64,000 nucleotides of DNA. Origin: Amphiscolops sp. MND2022. Lineage: Eukaryota. The notes under the pieces are model-generated. The model was not told the origin of the DNA, made no database searches, and saw only the letters and a program-made list of their open reading frames with translations. Below, in pieces: positions 35,710-48,049 of the stretch. The stretch covers positions 28,956,001 through 29,020,000 of the forward strand of contig OZ076409.1 of the NCBI GenBank assembly GCA_964187785.1, read 5' to 3'. Position 1 is the first letter of the stretch; each line of letters starts with the position of its first letter. The position numbers were made by a program, and so were the translations under genes.

Positions 35710-38395
35710 TTATTATTATTATGAATTCTGTGGTTTTCACCACACGGGGTTTAACCCCTTCCAGATATATCAAGTGGCACACAGCATAATGTATTATTGT
35801 ACAAATTTCAGTGCAAATTTTGAATTTTCAGTTAGAAGTTATCAAAGTCCAACTCTGTTTTGGAAGCAGTAGTCTGTTACAGAAGTACATTAGAGTCTCG
35901 TGTAGAAAAGTCAGGGTTTCAGTTGTTTATATATATATATATATATTACTCTAACGTACAAATAATCAAATTTGTAAGTAAGATGCCACTATTTGCTGGC
36001 CATGATATAAAAATAAAGATTAATTTATTCAGCGCTTAAAAAGTAGTGGTTGTAAGTTTTTTTGAACCCCGAGTTTCGTTCTGTTCCTCTGTTCTCTTAG
36101 GGCTCGAGCTCACACCCCAGCCCGGTGAAACTCAGTCCGTTCCCTCCACAAAATGCTGGGGCCCTCTGATGAAAAAAACATGTTTCAATTTGAACGGACT
36201 TTTTTTACGTTCCGAGGCGGACTTCTGTTTTTTTTTCTTGTTGATCTTGCATATCGCATCATCATCAGCAATGTCATCAGTTCCATCGTTTCACTTCATG
36301 AAGTGCGGATCTATTTTGCTTTGTCCAGGCGTCGCGAAAGCTCCACAAAACATAGAGTTGATTTCCAGTTCTCCCACTTACAGCTTTCTAACAATTCCTC
36401 CAATTTCTTGGGTGGTTCAAGGCGTCGTAGATTTGAATAAAAAGGACATCGGTAAAGGAAATGAGCAGTTGTTTCTTCTGCAATCAAACATGTGCACACT
36501 GGTGAGAAACATCTTCCTATCAAAAATTGGAAATAACCTAGGTTGCTATGCTCTGTCAGTAGTTGCACCATTCGTCTAGTATGAGCTTTACTCAAATGCT
36601 TGGGTAACACTCCTTCAATTTTGGCTTTTAATCCAGTGTTTCCAGACAGATTTAATATTCTAATTCGGTCGTTCCATCTTCTGTAAGTTAACTCCTTCAT
36701 TGATTCCTGACTGTAATACAGGGGTGAGCCAAACCTTCTGCTATCGGCAATTAACTTCTTGATGATGGGTGAGTTGCTGTTATTAAAAAGGCAGTAAACG
36801 CGATCGTCTTGGTTTTGCTGGCTCACTTTGATTGCGAATTTTGCCCCATGTGTTGCAATTTGATTATCAATGGGCACGTTATTTCCGATCAATTCTAATA
36901 GCTCCTTCTTCGGATTGTATGTCGAACAGGTTGAAAGGTTTACAATTTCTGCCCAGTTGGGAGTTTCGGAACTTTTCACGGTTACCCCAAATGAAGGCCA
37001 AATATGTCCATTTAGGAACAACTATGGATTGACATAGAGTCTTGAAAGTGTTGGGGCTAATCGATTTGTTGCTCAAATAACTTCTTTTGATGCTTTCGAA
37101 TGTTTGTATTGCTCCGTTGGTTGCTGCAGTGTATTGCTGGCCAAAGTTCAGTTTGTCATCGATGATGACTCCAAGTACCTTCATTGCATCGGTGATTTTT
37201 ATTTGGTGTCCTTCAAAGATCAGGCTGGCTTGGGTTTCAATTATGGTTGTCTTTTTGTCAAGAATCATTGCTGTAGTTTTGGTCAGAGACACTTGCATTC
37301 TCCAGTTATTCAGCCATGTAGCCAGAACTTCGATGTTTCCTTGCATTACTTCCAGAGACTGTGCGGCGTTGAGTCCAGATGAGAGGATGGTGAGATCGTC
37401 AGCGTATTTAAAACTTCGCCCATCTATGTTGCAGCACATATCAAATACAAAAATATTAAAAAGTACAGGAGAGAGAACTGACCCTTGTGGTGACCAATGA
37501 CTGATTTGAACTCAGCACTTCTGAAGCCTTCAATTCGAATGTAGAAAGTACGTTCTTCTAAGAAATTTTTTATTGGACTCCAAATGTTACCATTAATTCC
37601 GAGATAATGCATCTTCAAGAGCAATCCATGGATCCACACACTGTCGAATGCTTTCTCTAAATGCTTTCAGTTGTTTAATAGTCTGCAATTTTTTGTCACA
37701 CAGTCGCATTTCATTCTCCAAGTGCAAGTGTTCAGCTCATCAAAGGTGTCGTGAAAATCACGCCACATCCAGTAGAGTAGCTTCGGTTTTAGAGTATCAT
37801 ATTCACGAATGTCAATTGAAGATGGTAATTGCATGGCTAGACGTTTTGCTCGGAACCAAAAATTTTGTTCTGCAGTAGCGGGTTGAGGCCTGCTTTCTTG
37901 CAAGAAATGATAGGGTTCTAGTGGCGTGTGATAAGTATATTCGTTGTTCATTGAATAGTTAAATTTGTCAGAGAAATCATTGTTGATATTTTGTGTCAGT
38001 ATTTTCGAGAGATACAGGAGATCCAGCAGTTGAAAGTAAAACGTGACGGGTAGTATATTTAGTTTGATAAGGCAGTCCTTATAGCTACTATCTGGAATAA
38101 TCCATTTGCAGACTTTCTTCTGTACTCTTTCGAGGATTCTCATGCTTTCCACGTTCAATGGTAGTACGATCGATGAGTGTGTGAGAATTGGCAAGATCAT
38201 GCTCTTGTATAAATTCAGTTTGTGTTGGCTACTTAGGCTGAGAGAGTTTCTCTTGATCATGTAAAAGACTCTGTATGCCTTTTCGGTTCTCGACTTGAAA
38301 TGTGGAACCCAACTCCGGGATTTCGTGATAATTACACCAAGGTCTATCTCTTGTTCCTTCGATTGTAATGGAGCTCTGCCAAAAGTCAGCTGATC
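35710..38395 (-). mobile_element. 5'-truncated CR1-group LINE (38395-37665, then 3' UTR 35929-35710 with (TAA)n tail)
   Basis: DLGVII, LNLYKSMILPIL and LERVQKKVCKWI motifs; stop at 37667. The sequence resumes after the inner LINE and ends in an (ATT)n run at ~35710-35722. Confidence 0.8.
35930..37664 (-). mobile_element. 5'-truncated LINE (I/Jockey-group-like RT plus C-terminal CCHC), (TA)n tail, 13 bp TSD
   Basis: LEKAFDSVW, KYADDLTI, KVLGVIIDDKLNF and QLLTEH...CTC...ETTAHFLYRCP motifs. (TA)n at ~35929-35946. TSD tttcagttgttta at 35917-35929 and 37665-37677. Confidence 0.9.
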
Positions 38396-39714
38396 ATGGT
38401 TTTCGTTCTTGAAGCAACTACCAGCTTCAGTTCAAGTTATAAATGTCGAAGCAGGCTATACACCCCCACCCCCAAAGTACCAAGGCAAACAATTATTCCA
38501 TTCCAGCCTGCGAACAAACAAATGCAACATGAAGTGAACCTTCAAATCACAAGGCAAGTACAAACATTTAACTGTACTCGATAGGATGCATTGGCTTTTC
38601 AATGTGTTGATTGTTTCTCCGTTCATAAGCTTTACTCTGTTCAGGTGCCTATTGGCCACTGGAAGTCCATTTCGCATGATCGAAAACAATCAGTTCAACG
38701 CTCTCATACAAAAACTGAGGCCCGGCACAGAATTACCTTCTAGGAAGTACCTCAGCGAAGTACCAGAGAACGGCAGGATTTACCGATTTGTTGTGGGCAT
38801 TCAATTGGGACGAGGTGCTTCAGAAACCCGTGAAGTACTTCAGCAGAGAATAATCAGCAGAGCACTGGACCGGCTACAAAAAGACGACACGTCAGACTCC
38901 GCAGTTGCGCGCGTGTGTAAAAAATTGCTCAACAGTTGACCAGGTGCATTCAAAGAGTTCGTAAACAAACGGATGGACGATGCATTGTCTCTGCCACTCC
39001 TGGCCGGCAATTTACTGGACCACCGATTTCAAGGAACATCATTGACTCCTACAGAAACTGATGTCGCGCTTGAGTATATTCGGTCTTGCAGTAGTGAGGG
39101 TATCGTGCCCGATGTCTTGAAATTTCGTGCATACAATTTAAAACTTTCCATGATTTTTTGTCTTCATCTTTTTCTTGATGGAAACTTGGAATACGATTGG
39201 GATTTACACAAGAGTTTGTGAATTTTGCTGTCTATTTGCAATCTGCAGCTCTGCTGGCCTTGAACGACAGTTCTCGACAATGGGGGTTCACGTATGGCTC
39301 CCTAAGAACACAACTAGGTATGGAACGCGCTGGGAAACATTCTTTCTGTACCGCCAACTCAACAAATGATTTCATCTATTTTCTCGTATTTGATTTGTTG
39401 GAATAAAAACTTTTTAAAATTGGACTTTTTCTGAAGTGACAGTTTTTGCGGGAGAAAACATGTTTCTTTCGTTAAAAGCAGAAAAAACTGTATAATTCGA
39501 AAAAAAAATTATGTTGGAAACCCAACCTTGCCTAAAATGGTCCCCTGTTATTTTTTTTCTGATGTTTGCGACAGAAAGGATGTCGAAAATCAGCAAGGGT
39601 CCCCCTTCTATCGTGCCGGGGGTTCGCTTTTTCGTGAGTATTTAGCTTTTTTGTTGAGTTTGATACTTAGGTGTCCTTTTGCTCTGTTTGAGCCATAGAT
39701 ATGGCGCCGGCTTG

Positions 39715-40571
39715 TTTTTAGTCCGGCGCTTTTATAAATAAAAGAGCCCGACTATTACAGTCACTCGTTTTTTTAAGACAGACTCGAAGCGACGAACGTC
39801 AATTAACTACAGAACGGTAATTTACTACTAAACTACTGGACCGGTGAATGAACGGGGAGCGTATTTAAGATGGTGCAAAGGGTCCCCCTTTCAGTTACTC
39901 CATTCTTATCGTAAGATATAAAACCGGACGAGACTATAGGGTCCCCCCTTTGAGTTTTTCCGGCACTATGCGACTTTTCGAATTTTTTTTGTCTCCAAAG
40001 GGTCCCCCTTCAAGTTTTTTGATATTTTACAGCAAACTGAAGTTTGGAAAAGCTCAAAGGGTCTCCCCTTCCAAGTTTATCGGCACTCTGAGACTGGCTC
40101 AAAATTGTTGTTTTTCGATTTTTTTTCGAAATTTTTAATGTCTCGAAAGGGTCCTCCTTCAATTTTTTAAATATTTTGCAACATAATAGATATTTCACAA
40201 TCCCAAAGGGTCCCCAATTTTAGATTTTTCGGCACTATGAGACTGCTCAAAATTGTTATTTTTCGTCTAATTTTTCTCAGTATATATCTACCAATATTTT
40301 TTTCCAAAACTATCCGAAACTTGGACGTAATATCCTAAGTAAAGCGCTATATCCGGATTTTTGACGTTATATCCGAAATATATTCCGTTTTACCAAGGAG
40401 AGGCGGAGCTCCCATTTGGGCCAGCACGCTATATCCGAAGTTTGAGACGTTACACCCCGCACCATATTGGATTTTCAAAAAACCCAAAGGGTCCCCCCTT
40501 TTACAATTTCAAAACGTTTGGGCATTTTGAGCCTTAGATATGGTGCCGACTTTAGACGTTCCCGTCTTGTT
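39715..40571 (+). mobile_element. Complete HINE-like copy, head-to-tail with the preceding copy
   Basis: tttttagtccggcgc...gagcccgacta start, gggtcccc tandem core, gtgccgactttagacgttcccgtcttgtt end. Confidence 0.85.
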
Positions 40572-41134
40572 AATTTTTAGGACTAATTGTTTCAAAACTA
40601 TTGCATCTGGAGCTTCTAACCTCAATACCACGGTTGACATGTTTTGGAACAATGTTGTAAAGTGTTTCGACAAGAAATGGCGTTATTGATGCTAGGCACG
40701 CTGTGATCATCCTCGGATTTGGTTCATCTCCAAGGCAGTAGTCGCGAGAATAGTTTTTTGAATTGAAATACAATAATTTTAATTCATTTGGTCATACATA
40801 TTACTAACACGAATAGTATAGAAACAGAAATTTCTGACCAAATAAAACCTACCAAGGGCCAATGCCTGTTTGAAAGAGCTGGGGCGGGTTTTCGAGATAT
40901 GTATGGAATGATTTGATCTCACAGCCGGTAAAATGAGTCGTTTTTCTACTTTCAAATGTTCAACTGGTGTTCTCGTTCCGGTGCGATCCATGTTTTGAAA
41001 ATACACCCACCGTTTAGAAAATCCTAAAATCGTCCTGTGAAGGAGGCCTTCCTTAAAGCAGCTTGCTAGGTCACCGTTCTCACAATCGAAAATAACAAAA
41101 GACCAGAGTTTGAAGAAATTAAGCATTTCAAACA

Positions 41135-41684
41135 AACAAGCCGAGAACGGCCAAAGTCGGCGCTATATCGAAGGCTCAAAATTGTAAAAGGGGGGACCCT
41201 TCGGGCTTTGTGAAACTCCAGCTGGTTGCAAAATATGAAAAAAAATTGAAGGGGAGCCCTTTGGGGACTTGAAAAAATTCCCCAGAAAAAAATTTGAAAA
41301 TGAGATTTTTGAACAGTGTCACAGTGCAGAAAAATGTGAAAGGGGGGACCCTTTGGGTTTTTTTGACATCCATTGTGTTGCAAAATGTCGAAACAAAAGA
41401 AGGACGGACCCTTTGGTGCAATCCAAAAGTTTCAAAAGTTGCATAATGCGGAAAAAAATGTGGGGCTATGGTGGGATCCTTAGTGTGATTTCGAGGTTCT
41501 GGACGTCTGTTTTGTTTCTTCTTTTCGTTTTGGACGCGCTTTCGAGGTTGGAGTTGTTGAGGTTCGAAGTTGTTGAGGTTTGACGTTGTCGAACAAATGA
41601 ACAAAAAAGTGGACCTTACTCGTCTAAAAAAACTACGCACTGTAAGAGTCGGGCACATTGTCTACTAAAATGCGCCGACTAAAA
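41135..41684 (-). mobile_element. Complete HINE-like copy (inverted)
   Basis: Minus strand reads ttttagtcggcgc ... gatatagcgccgactttggccgttctcggcttgtt. Confidence 0.85.
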
Positions 41685-41859
41685 TTATACGACGCTGCAA
41701 CACCCGTTGCCGATTTTTGCATCGAAACTTTCCTGGTCATTATTAAGGGTTAGATAGGAAACTCGTTTTCATAACTTATTATCGTTTTCATAACAAAATG
41801 TCTCGAACCAATGGAATGAGGTTTACTGTTGAATATCCACAAAAAAAGAAAATATTCTC

Positions 41860-43400
41860 TTGATTTTTATGGATAGCACTGTAGGCTTGACAGCTTTACA
41901 AATACTAGGTCCACAAGTTCCTATCTTCAACAGGTGGCAACCAGTTCACAGAGCTGTAAGAATGTATAAAATATGGCGTTTTTTGACTGAAACTCGTATC
42001 TCACATCCTTGTTTGTTGATCAAGCGCTTCTGCGCAACTGATGCCCCCTTTACTGGTCCACTAGTCTTGGCCGACTTTACTAGGCCGACGGGGAGCATAG
42101 ATATAGACACCTTAGAACTCTGACGCAGGATTTCTTGCATCAGGTGGCGGAAGTGGATGGAGTGTGATCCATGCATCAACTATCATACTCCATAGTTCAG
42201 AGAAAGTACCTGTATAATCATTGCTAAACATCTTCAATTAAAAAAAATAGATGTTCGCAACGCAAAGGCTACATTATTGAGTTGGAGAAATGACTAGCAA
42301 CAGGGTGAAAAGCTGATTTAGCTAAAATTGAATGAGTAAATAACATATTACGATTGAGCAAGCAATCAGTATCGATAAAAATTGACAAGGGGACTGATTT
42401 TCAAGGTTGAATTAAATGAAAAGGGTGAGGTCGCGACTTGAACAACAACCCCTAAAAAAACTAGGCTCAGTATGAAAATCTTTGTCTTCCCTTCTCGTGT
42501 TTTATTGAGAACTATTTTTCTGAATGTGACCACGACACGGATCAAGTGCTCATTTGCGATTTTATAGCATTTGTAGAAGTCATGGCATAGAGCATTGCGC
42601 TTTTCGGTATCGAGCTTGGAAATTTATTGCTGGTCAAGTAGTTCGCGTCAGAAAAGCAGCAGATTGAACAAAGCCGAGATTCTTTTAGAAATGCAAGCTT
42701 CGTGATGTAGCCTTCTGAACCACATGACGGAAGTTGTACCCTTTCCGGACAGTTGCTTAGCTATATCGTTCAGTGGTTCAACGGAGTGATCCTCTCGGAT
42801 GCATGGAGCTTATATGTACAGAGGATTTTCCGTACTCAATCATCAAGTCTTCCTCTTGATAAGTAAATACTTTTGTTGAGCCTCCTCTGTAGAATCATGA
42901 TGTTGCAGTGACGAATAGTAAGCACATTCAAATAGAAGGACTCATGTTGGATGATGGGTCCGACATGAAGCCTATAGTATATTATTAGTTGGTCCTTTGT
43001 GAGCGAATGGCATGTGTGAATTTGCAACATAGCAGTTTTGATTTCATTTTAGCGATATGATCTTTGAATCATTAATGGTGACCTCCAAATACTTAATTTT
43101 CGTGTTAATATTCAACCCGAAATCTCTCATCTGACAGTTTACCGTGTTTTTGCTGAAACTGCTGATTTATCTAGGTTACGTTTCAGTTCATTGCCTCTCA
43201 TCCAATCATCAACATTGTCCAGTATGTCAGCCAACGATTGCATACTGGTGATCTCATTGTAAAAAATCGTATCGTCGGCAAAAAAAGTTATACAAGCCTT
43301 GATTTGTCGTGGGAGATCGGTATTGTACAACAAAATAAAGGCCCGAGTAGTGATCCTTGAAGTACACCGCATTTCACTGGGTGGCAAGATGATCTGTAGC
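41860..43400 (-). mobile_element. 5'-truncated degenerate CR1/L2-group LINE
   Basis: FILLYNTDLP..IKACITFFADDT...WMRGNELK.NLDKS RT motifs. The 3' region 41900-42170 is similar to 23140-23430. Confidence 0.75.
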
Positions 43401-43489
43401 TATTTAGTTTGGTAAGTTATTTCCTGTTGCTCAGACAGGATTTCAACAATGTAAGCACTCTGCTGCAGAAACAGAATTTTTTATCTTTG

Positions 43490-44059
43490 TTTTTAGTCGG
43501 CGCATTTTATCAAAATGAGCCCGACTATTACAGTGGCAAGTTTTTTTTTCGTCAGACCACAGAATGTATGCGTAGTGGACACTTTTTACAGAACTACTAA
43601 AAGTACGGAACCGGCAAGCGGAATCACATCTGAGTTACTGCAAAGGGTCCCCCCTTTCGTGTACTCAATTTTTAACGTAAGATACAAAACCACTACAGGG
43701 TCCCCCCTTTGAATTTTTTTCGGCACTGTGCGACTTTTTTTCGAATTTTCTTTTGTCGCCAAACGGTCCCCACTTCAAGTTTTTTGATATTTTGCAGCAA
43801 ACTGAAGTTTCAAAAAGCCCAAAGGGTCCCCCCTTTCTAGTTTTCGGCACTGTGAGACTGTTTCAAATTTTCGTTTTTTCGAAAGTTTTTTTCAAAAAAA
43901 AATTCCGAATTTTTTAATTGTCTCCTTCAATTTTTTCGATATTTTGCAACAGACTGGATTTTCAAAAAGCTGAAAGGGTCCCCCTTTTTACAAGTTTAAA
44001 AACTTAGCGCTTTTTTGAGCCTGAGATATAGCGCCGACTTTAGACGTTCCCGTCTTGTT
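43490..44059 (+). mobile_element. Complete HINE-like copy
   Basis: tttttagtcggcgc...gagcccgacta start and gcgccgactttagacgttcccgtcttgtt end. Confidence 0.85.
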
Positions 44060-44914
44060 ATATGCCTGTATGTTCATATTTTCTTCTTTATATTATTGTA
44101 CAGTTCCAAAATATTCTGTACGGCAAAGAAGTTTTAAAGAACAATAAATACAAAATAAATTAGCATTTGTCTCGGAACAGCAATGTCAGAATCGGGAAAA
44201 TGAGTCGATTACCACCAATAACTGCTTTTAGTCGGTCCGGAATGCTGTCCTGTAGTTTTTGTGTACTGTAGTGTACTTCAAATCAAAAAAGGGCCAGTGC
44301 TGAATACGGTGGGAGCTTTGCGCTAACCTTGTTAGCGCCTGCGTTTTCATGATTCCCGGACGATAGAAACAAGGCTTCCATTTATTCTGTATACAATCAC
44401 GCATTCTCGACATCTCATTGGACTGAGCAAGTAATACTGAGCCCCTGAGGGATCATTTTTAGTCGCAACATTTAGGTAACTAAAATTGCGAGACTATTGC
44501 AGTCACAGTTTTCTTCAAGACAACCACGAATGTGACGGAACGATACGAACGTGACGAAACGGATAGGCTTCTAGACGCAGAAGTAAAAATTGCTAACAGA
44601 GATTAACGGGTCCTCCTTTTGAATTTTCATTATTTTTATATCACCTATCAATCAAAAGTGCAAAAGGTGGCGCCTCTTCAGTATTTTGACATCTTGTCGG
44701 TACTGTTAGAGTTTTGCTGTGAACTTTTTAATTTCACATGAGGGTCCTCGTTTGTTTTTTTTGTTATTTTCAGTCAGAAAAGAGCCCTTTTTAACCCAAA
44801 AGGTGTTTTTCGGCAATTTGAGATTGAAATGATTTTGAAATACTTTTGAAGCATAATTGAAATATTTGATCGTTTCCAACTACTGTTCTTTGAAGAGCTC
44901 TCTTATTTGTTTAG

Positions 44915-44982
44915 ATCGCTTGATTTCGTGGTTGGGCAGCTTGAAAACACAGCTTTACATCAGCCATGCTTTGTCCGCTTGG
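44915..44982 (+). CDS. SLC40A1: Ferroportin exon (start of TM1)
   Basis: Boundaries tttag|AT...TGG|gtaagt. Translates RLISWLGSLKTQLYISHALSAW, matching ferroportin LYLGHSLSTW. 68 nt. Confidence 0.9.
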
Positions 44983-45109
44983 GTAAGTAGTTTTATTTAT
45001 ATATAGTTCATTTTTATTTTCATTTATTCTCTTATGAAGTATTTTGTGACTTATCATCATTTTCCTTCATATTCCTTTGTCAAACATTGACGTTGAATTT
45101 AATTTTCCA

Positions 45110-45661
45110 GTTCAATTCAGTAAGTGCCCGAGGGTTATAGTTGCTGGTTTTTTGTCAGAATACAGACCGCACACTTTTTGTACAGAATTGTACACTTTTG
45201 AGCAGAGTTTGTTCATGCCACTGGCCGTCACTTGGCCCAATGGTTAGGACGCGTGCTTCTCAAGCAGGACATGATGGGTTCGAACCCCGCCGAGGGCTGA
45301 AATTTGTTAATTTTCGCAAGTCTTGACGCAGTCAAAGTTTTTTCTACACTGTCACTTTTTATCTATTTCCATTCTACCAAAGGGTCCCCCTTTGGTATTA
45401 CATCTGTTTCAACTTGGAAAAAACGTTTTTGATTCTGAAGGATCTCCTCCTGTAATTTTTGGCACTGTGGAATTTTTGAGGTAAGTTTTTCCACTGTTTT
45501 CAGTTAAAAAAAAGCGTTTTTCGAAGCCACAGGGCGCCCCTTTGGATTGTTTTTGACGATGTGAAAATCATAAGAATTTCCTGGAAGCCACTCTGCATAT
45601 TTACTACACTTTTACTTTCTGAACCTTAGTCGGACGCCGACTTGAGAGTTCTCGTCTTGTT
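45110..45661 (+). mobile_element. Degenerate HINE-like copy with tRNA-like module at ~45225-45297
   Basis: tggcccaatgg A-box, ggttcgaaccc B-box, core aagggtccccc, 3' gacgccgacttgagagttctcgtcttgtt. 5' end eroded. Confidence 0.7.
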
Positions 45662-46125
45662 TTTTGAACTTTTGACCGGTAACGCCCTTTCGATTTCGAA
45701 ATAAGTTGAAAATTTTGAATCTGACATTGATTTTTTTCGGGAAATCTAATAGTATGAGCTGTTTAGATTTCAGATTTACCTATGTTGCTTTTTAATATCA
45801 CTACTGTACCAAAAAAAGTTAACTTGAAGGGTCATAATTGAAACGTGGCGGTGAAAATTTTCCATTTGGTCACAAGTCAAACTCGTCTAACTTTAAATGC
45901 TCTGTACTTTCAAGTAAAAACATCTGATATTGCTTCTCCCAAATTCAAACTAGATTGTCACTTTTTTGTATACAACTAAAAGGTTTGGATCCCACCAATG
46001 AATCAAAATTATGCCGATTTTGAAACGGTCCTAACTTCGGGAATACAGTTTGAAACACTCTGTATTATTTTCTGTTTTTACTGCGTTCAAGTGTGAACGA
46101 TCAAGAGGTGAAAGTGTGTTTGCAG

Positions 46126-46291
46126 GGTGATCGCTGGTGGACGTTCTCTATCGGTCTACTACTGGTGACGCTATCGCCCGTAGAAGGCTCCCTGAGGGTA
46201 ACTGCAATCAATAGTATCACCATTTCTGTCGCTCTCGTTCTCTTCTCTCATGTCATTGGCTATTGGATTGATCTCAGCCCACGTCTGCATG
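46126..46291 (+). CDS. SLC40A1: Ferroportin exon (GDR motif, TM1-TM2)
   Basis: Boundaries tgcag|GGT...CATG|gtatgg. Translates GDRWWTFSIGLLLVTL...IGYWIDLSPRLH. Confidence 0.93.
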
Positions 46292-46836
46292 GTATGGCTT
46301 TCTTGTCTCCATCTTGTACCATTCCTATCATTATCACGTATTTCTGGATTTTTGTATCTCCTTTACTTAGTGAGTTACTCTTTGATGTTATTCAGAGTTA
46401 TTGGGATCTTTTTTTTTAATAGGCTGTATTTCCTCAATTTTTCATACATTGCTTTCAAATCATCCTTCTGAAATAGCTGAAGAGAATCGGAATTAATTTT
46501 GTTGAAATTACAAATAGCATTGAAAGACTAAGTTTCAGCTTGGTAATAGCATTTTAATTCAGCCATCTGTCAATGAAAAAATAGATGCTCTAGAGACTGG
46601 GAATTCGGGCAGAATGCTCCCAACGCCTGTTTCAATGCCTTATCGCGATGATGAGATATGATATGATTTCTGTTGGGTCTTTCAGTTGGAATGTCACTGA
46701 AACGTATCTGCCTTTCTGATCGAAGCTTCGGATGTTCTCTCCAAAGTTTATCTTCGATTCTCATATTTTTGATACATTTAACATATCAGACGAATATCAA
46801 CACGCACCGAATGTGAAAAAAGTTGTTTGGTTTCAG

Positions 46837-47076
46837 TGATCCGAGTGTCGGTGTTATTCCAGAATGCGTGTGTGGTGGTTACCAACGTGCTGGTATATTT
46901 GGTGTTCGTTAACTACCACGCGCATCAGAGGATGAATGAGCCGGCGGTGGTACTGTACCTGGTCGTCATCATCTCCTTCTCCGTGCTCGGCAGACTGGCC
47001 AGTGTCGCCAACAAGATCGCTGTCACGAAGGACTGGATTGTCGTCATCGCACATGCCGGACATGTCGCTCTCACTG
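46837..47076 (+). CDS. SLC40A1: Ferroportin exon (TM3-TM4)
   Basis: Boundaries tttcag|TG...ACTG|gttagt. Translates VIRVSVLFQNACVV...LASVANKIAVTKDWIVVIA. Phase 1 at both ends. Confidence 0.93.
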
Positions 47077-47429
47077 GTTAGTAGTTTCCCAGGGAGAACA
47101 TTTCGATTCTCAAATTGGTTTCCTCTAAGTTTTGGCAAAGCAAGGGTGATACTCCGTTGTCTAACGACACCAAAAGTTCCGTATCATGGATATATATGAA
47201 ATCCATGGTTTCTACGTTTTTGTGTTTTCGCATTTTCGAAGCATTAGATTTGAAAAATTTGAAAGCGGCTTTAGTTGCAGCGTTGAGCAAATTTTTTGTT
47301 TTGAATTTTTGGAACAAAATTTGCGTAGTAAGATCGTTCCCGAGCAAAGATTCTTGCGGCGAATGATACACTGAAGCGAAGTCTAGCTTATTGTGGTAAA
47401 TTCTTGGTTTCAACTTTCACCAGACGCCG

Positions 47430-47586
47430 GTATCGCGCGGGTCCGTGAATTTTGAATGTTCTACATCTTATTTAAAGTTTTGTTCATTAAATAAGAAGCA
47501 TTTTCCCACCAAAATTTATGGATTTTTGAAAGAAATTGAATAATAAAACGTTTAATTTATTTTTTAAAAACTGGACCTTGGAGAGG
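47430..47586 (+). repeat. Dispersed repeat, second copy at ~55965-56125
   Basis: Shared gaatttt.aatgttctacatcttatttaa.gttttgt...agaagcat...caccaaaattta.ggattttt sequence. Confidence 0.75.
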
Positions 47587-47810
47587 CGTGAACAGAGATA
47601 AGCTTTTGTCTTAAAAGTGATTCACAATAGTAATGAGGAGGGTTTAAATTGGGATTAATATGAAAGGTTTCAAGATATTGTGATATCCTTTATTTAGTGT
47701 TTCTTTGTGGTGATCAGTACAATTCTTAATAATCATTCTTTATCATGTCAATTTCTTTCCGTCTTCCGACAGAGCTACAGTGCCTTCTCTTGATCTTGAT
47801 TTTTGTTCAG

Positions 47811-48014
47811 ATGCGAATGCGACGATGCGTAGAATAGACTTAGTGTGCAACATTGTGGCCCCCGTGTGCATAGGATTCCTCATGACTTGGGCCAGTCAAC
47901 AGTTCGCAGCTCTTTTCGTTGCAATCTGGAACGGGGTATCTGCCCTTGTGGAGTACACTCTTCTAGTCAGCATCTACACAGCCGAACCCATGCTCAGTGT
48001 CAAAGACGACGCAA
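47811..48014 (+). CDS. SLC40A1: Ferroportin exon (TM5-TM6)
   Basis: Acceptor gttcag|AT. Translates DANATMRRIDLVCNIVAP...IWNGVSALVEY...PMLSVKDD. The donor is either a|gttagc (48014) or the GC donor c|gcaagt (48010). Confidence 0.9.
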
Positions 48015-48049
48015 GTTAGCGACCAACCATTGTCAAATATGCAAAAGTA

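Larger units (their letters stand above)
35313..39530 (+). mobile_element. Degenerate hAT transposon (transposase pseudogene) with nested LINEs
   Basis: TIR caaggttggg / cccaaccttg. BED-like CKICKDSVMGLVSRLKTH (~35605-35660); ATGSPFRMIENNQF...LRPGTELPSRKYLS; LAGNLLDHRFQG; dimerization-like SAGLERQFS. TSD not intact. Confidence 0.85.
35065..39716 (+). mobile_element. HINE-like copy split by a hAT insertion (35065-35312 and 39531-39716)
   Basis: The 5' end tttttagtcgacgc and core motifs lie left of 35313. The core ggtcccc motifs and the 3' end gatatggcgccggcttgtt resume at 39531. Confidence 0.75.

Noticed and set aside
36046..37500. Plus-strand ORFs of 137-177 aa
   Set aside because: Antisense shadows of the minus-strand LINE ORF.
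43389..43417. First ferroportin exon (ATG...tg|gtaagt)
   Set aside because: It ends in phase 2, incompatible with the phase-1 start of exon 44915, and overlaps a LINE remnant.
47768..47792. Iron-responsive element (gctacagtgc)
   Set aside because: The flanks do not form the 5 bp upper stem, and the site is intronic just before an acceptor.
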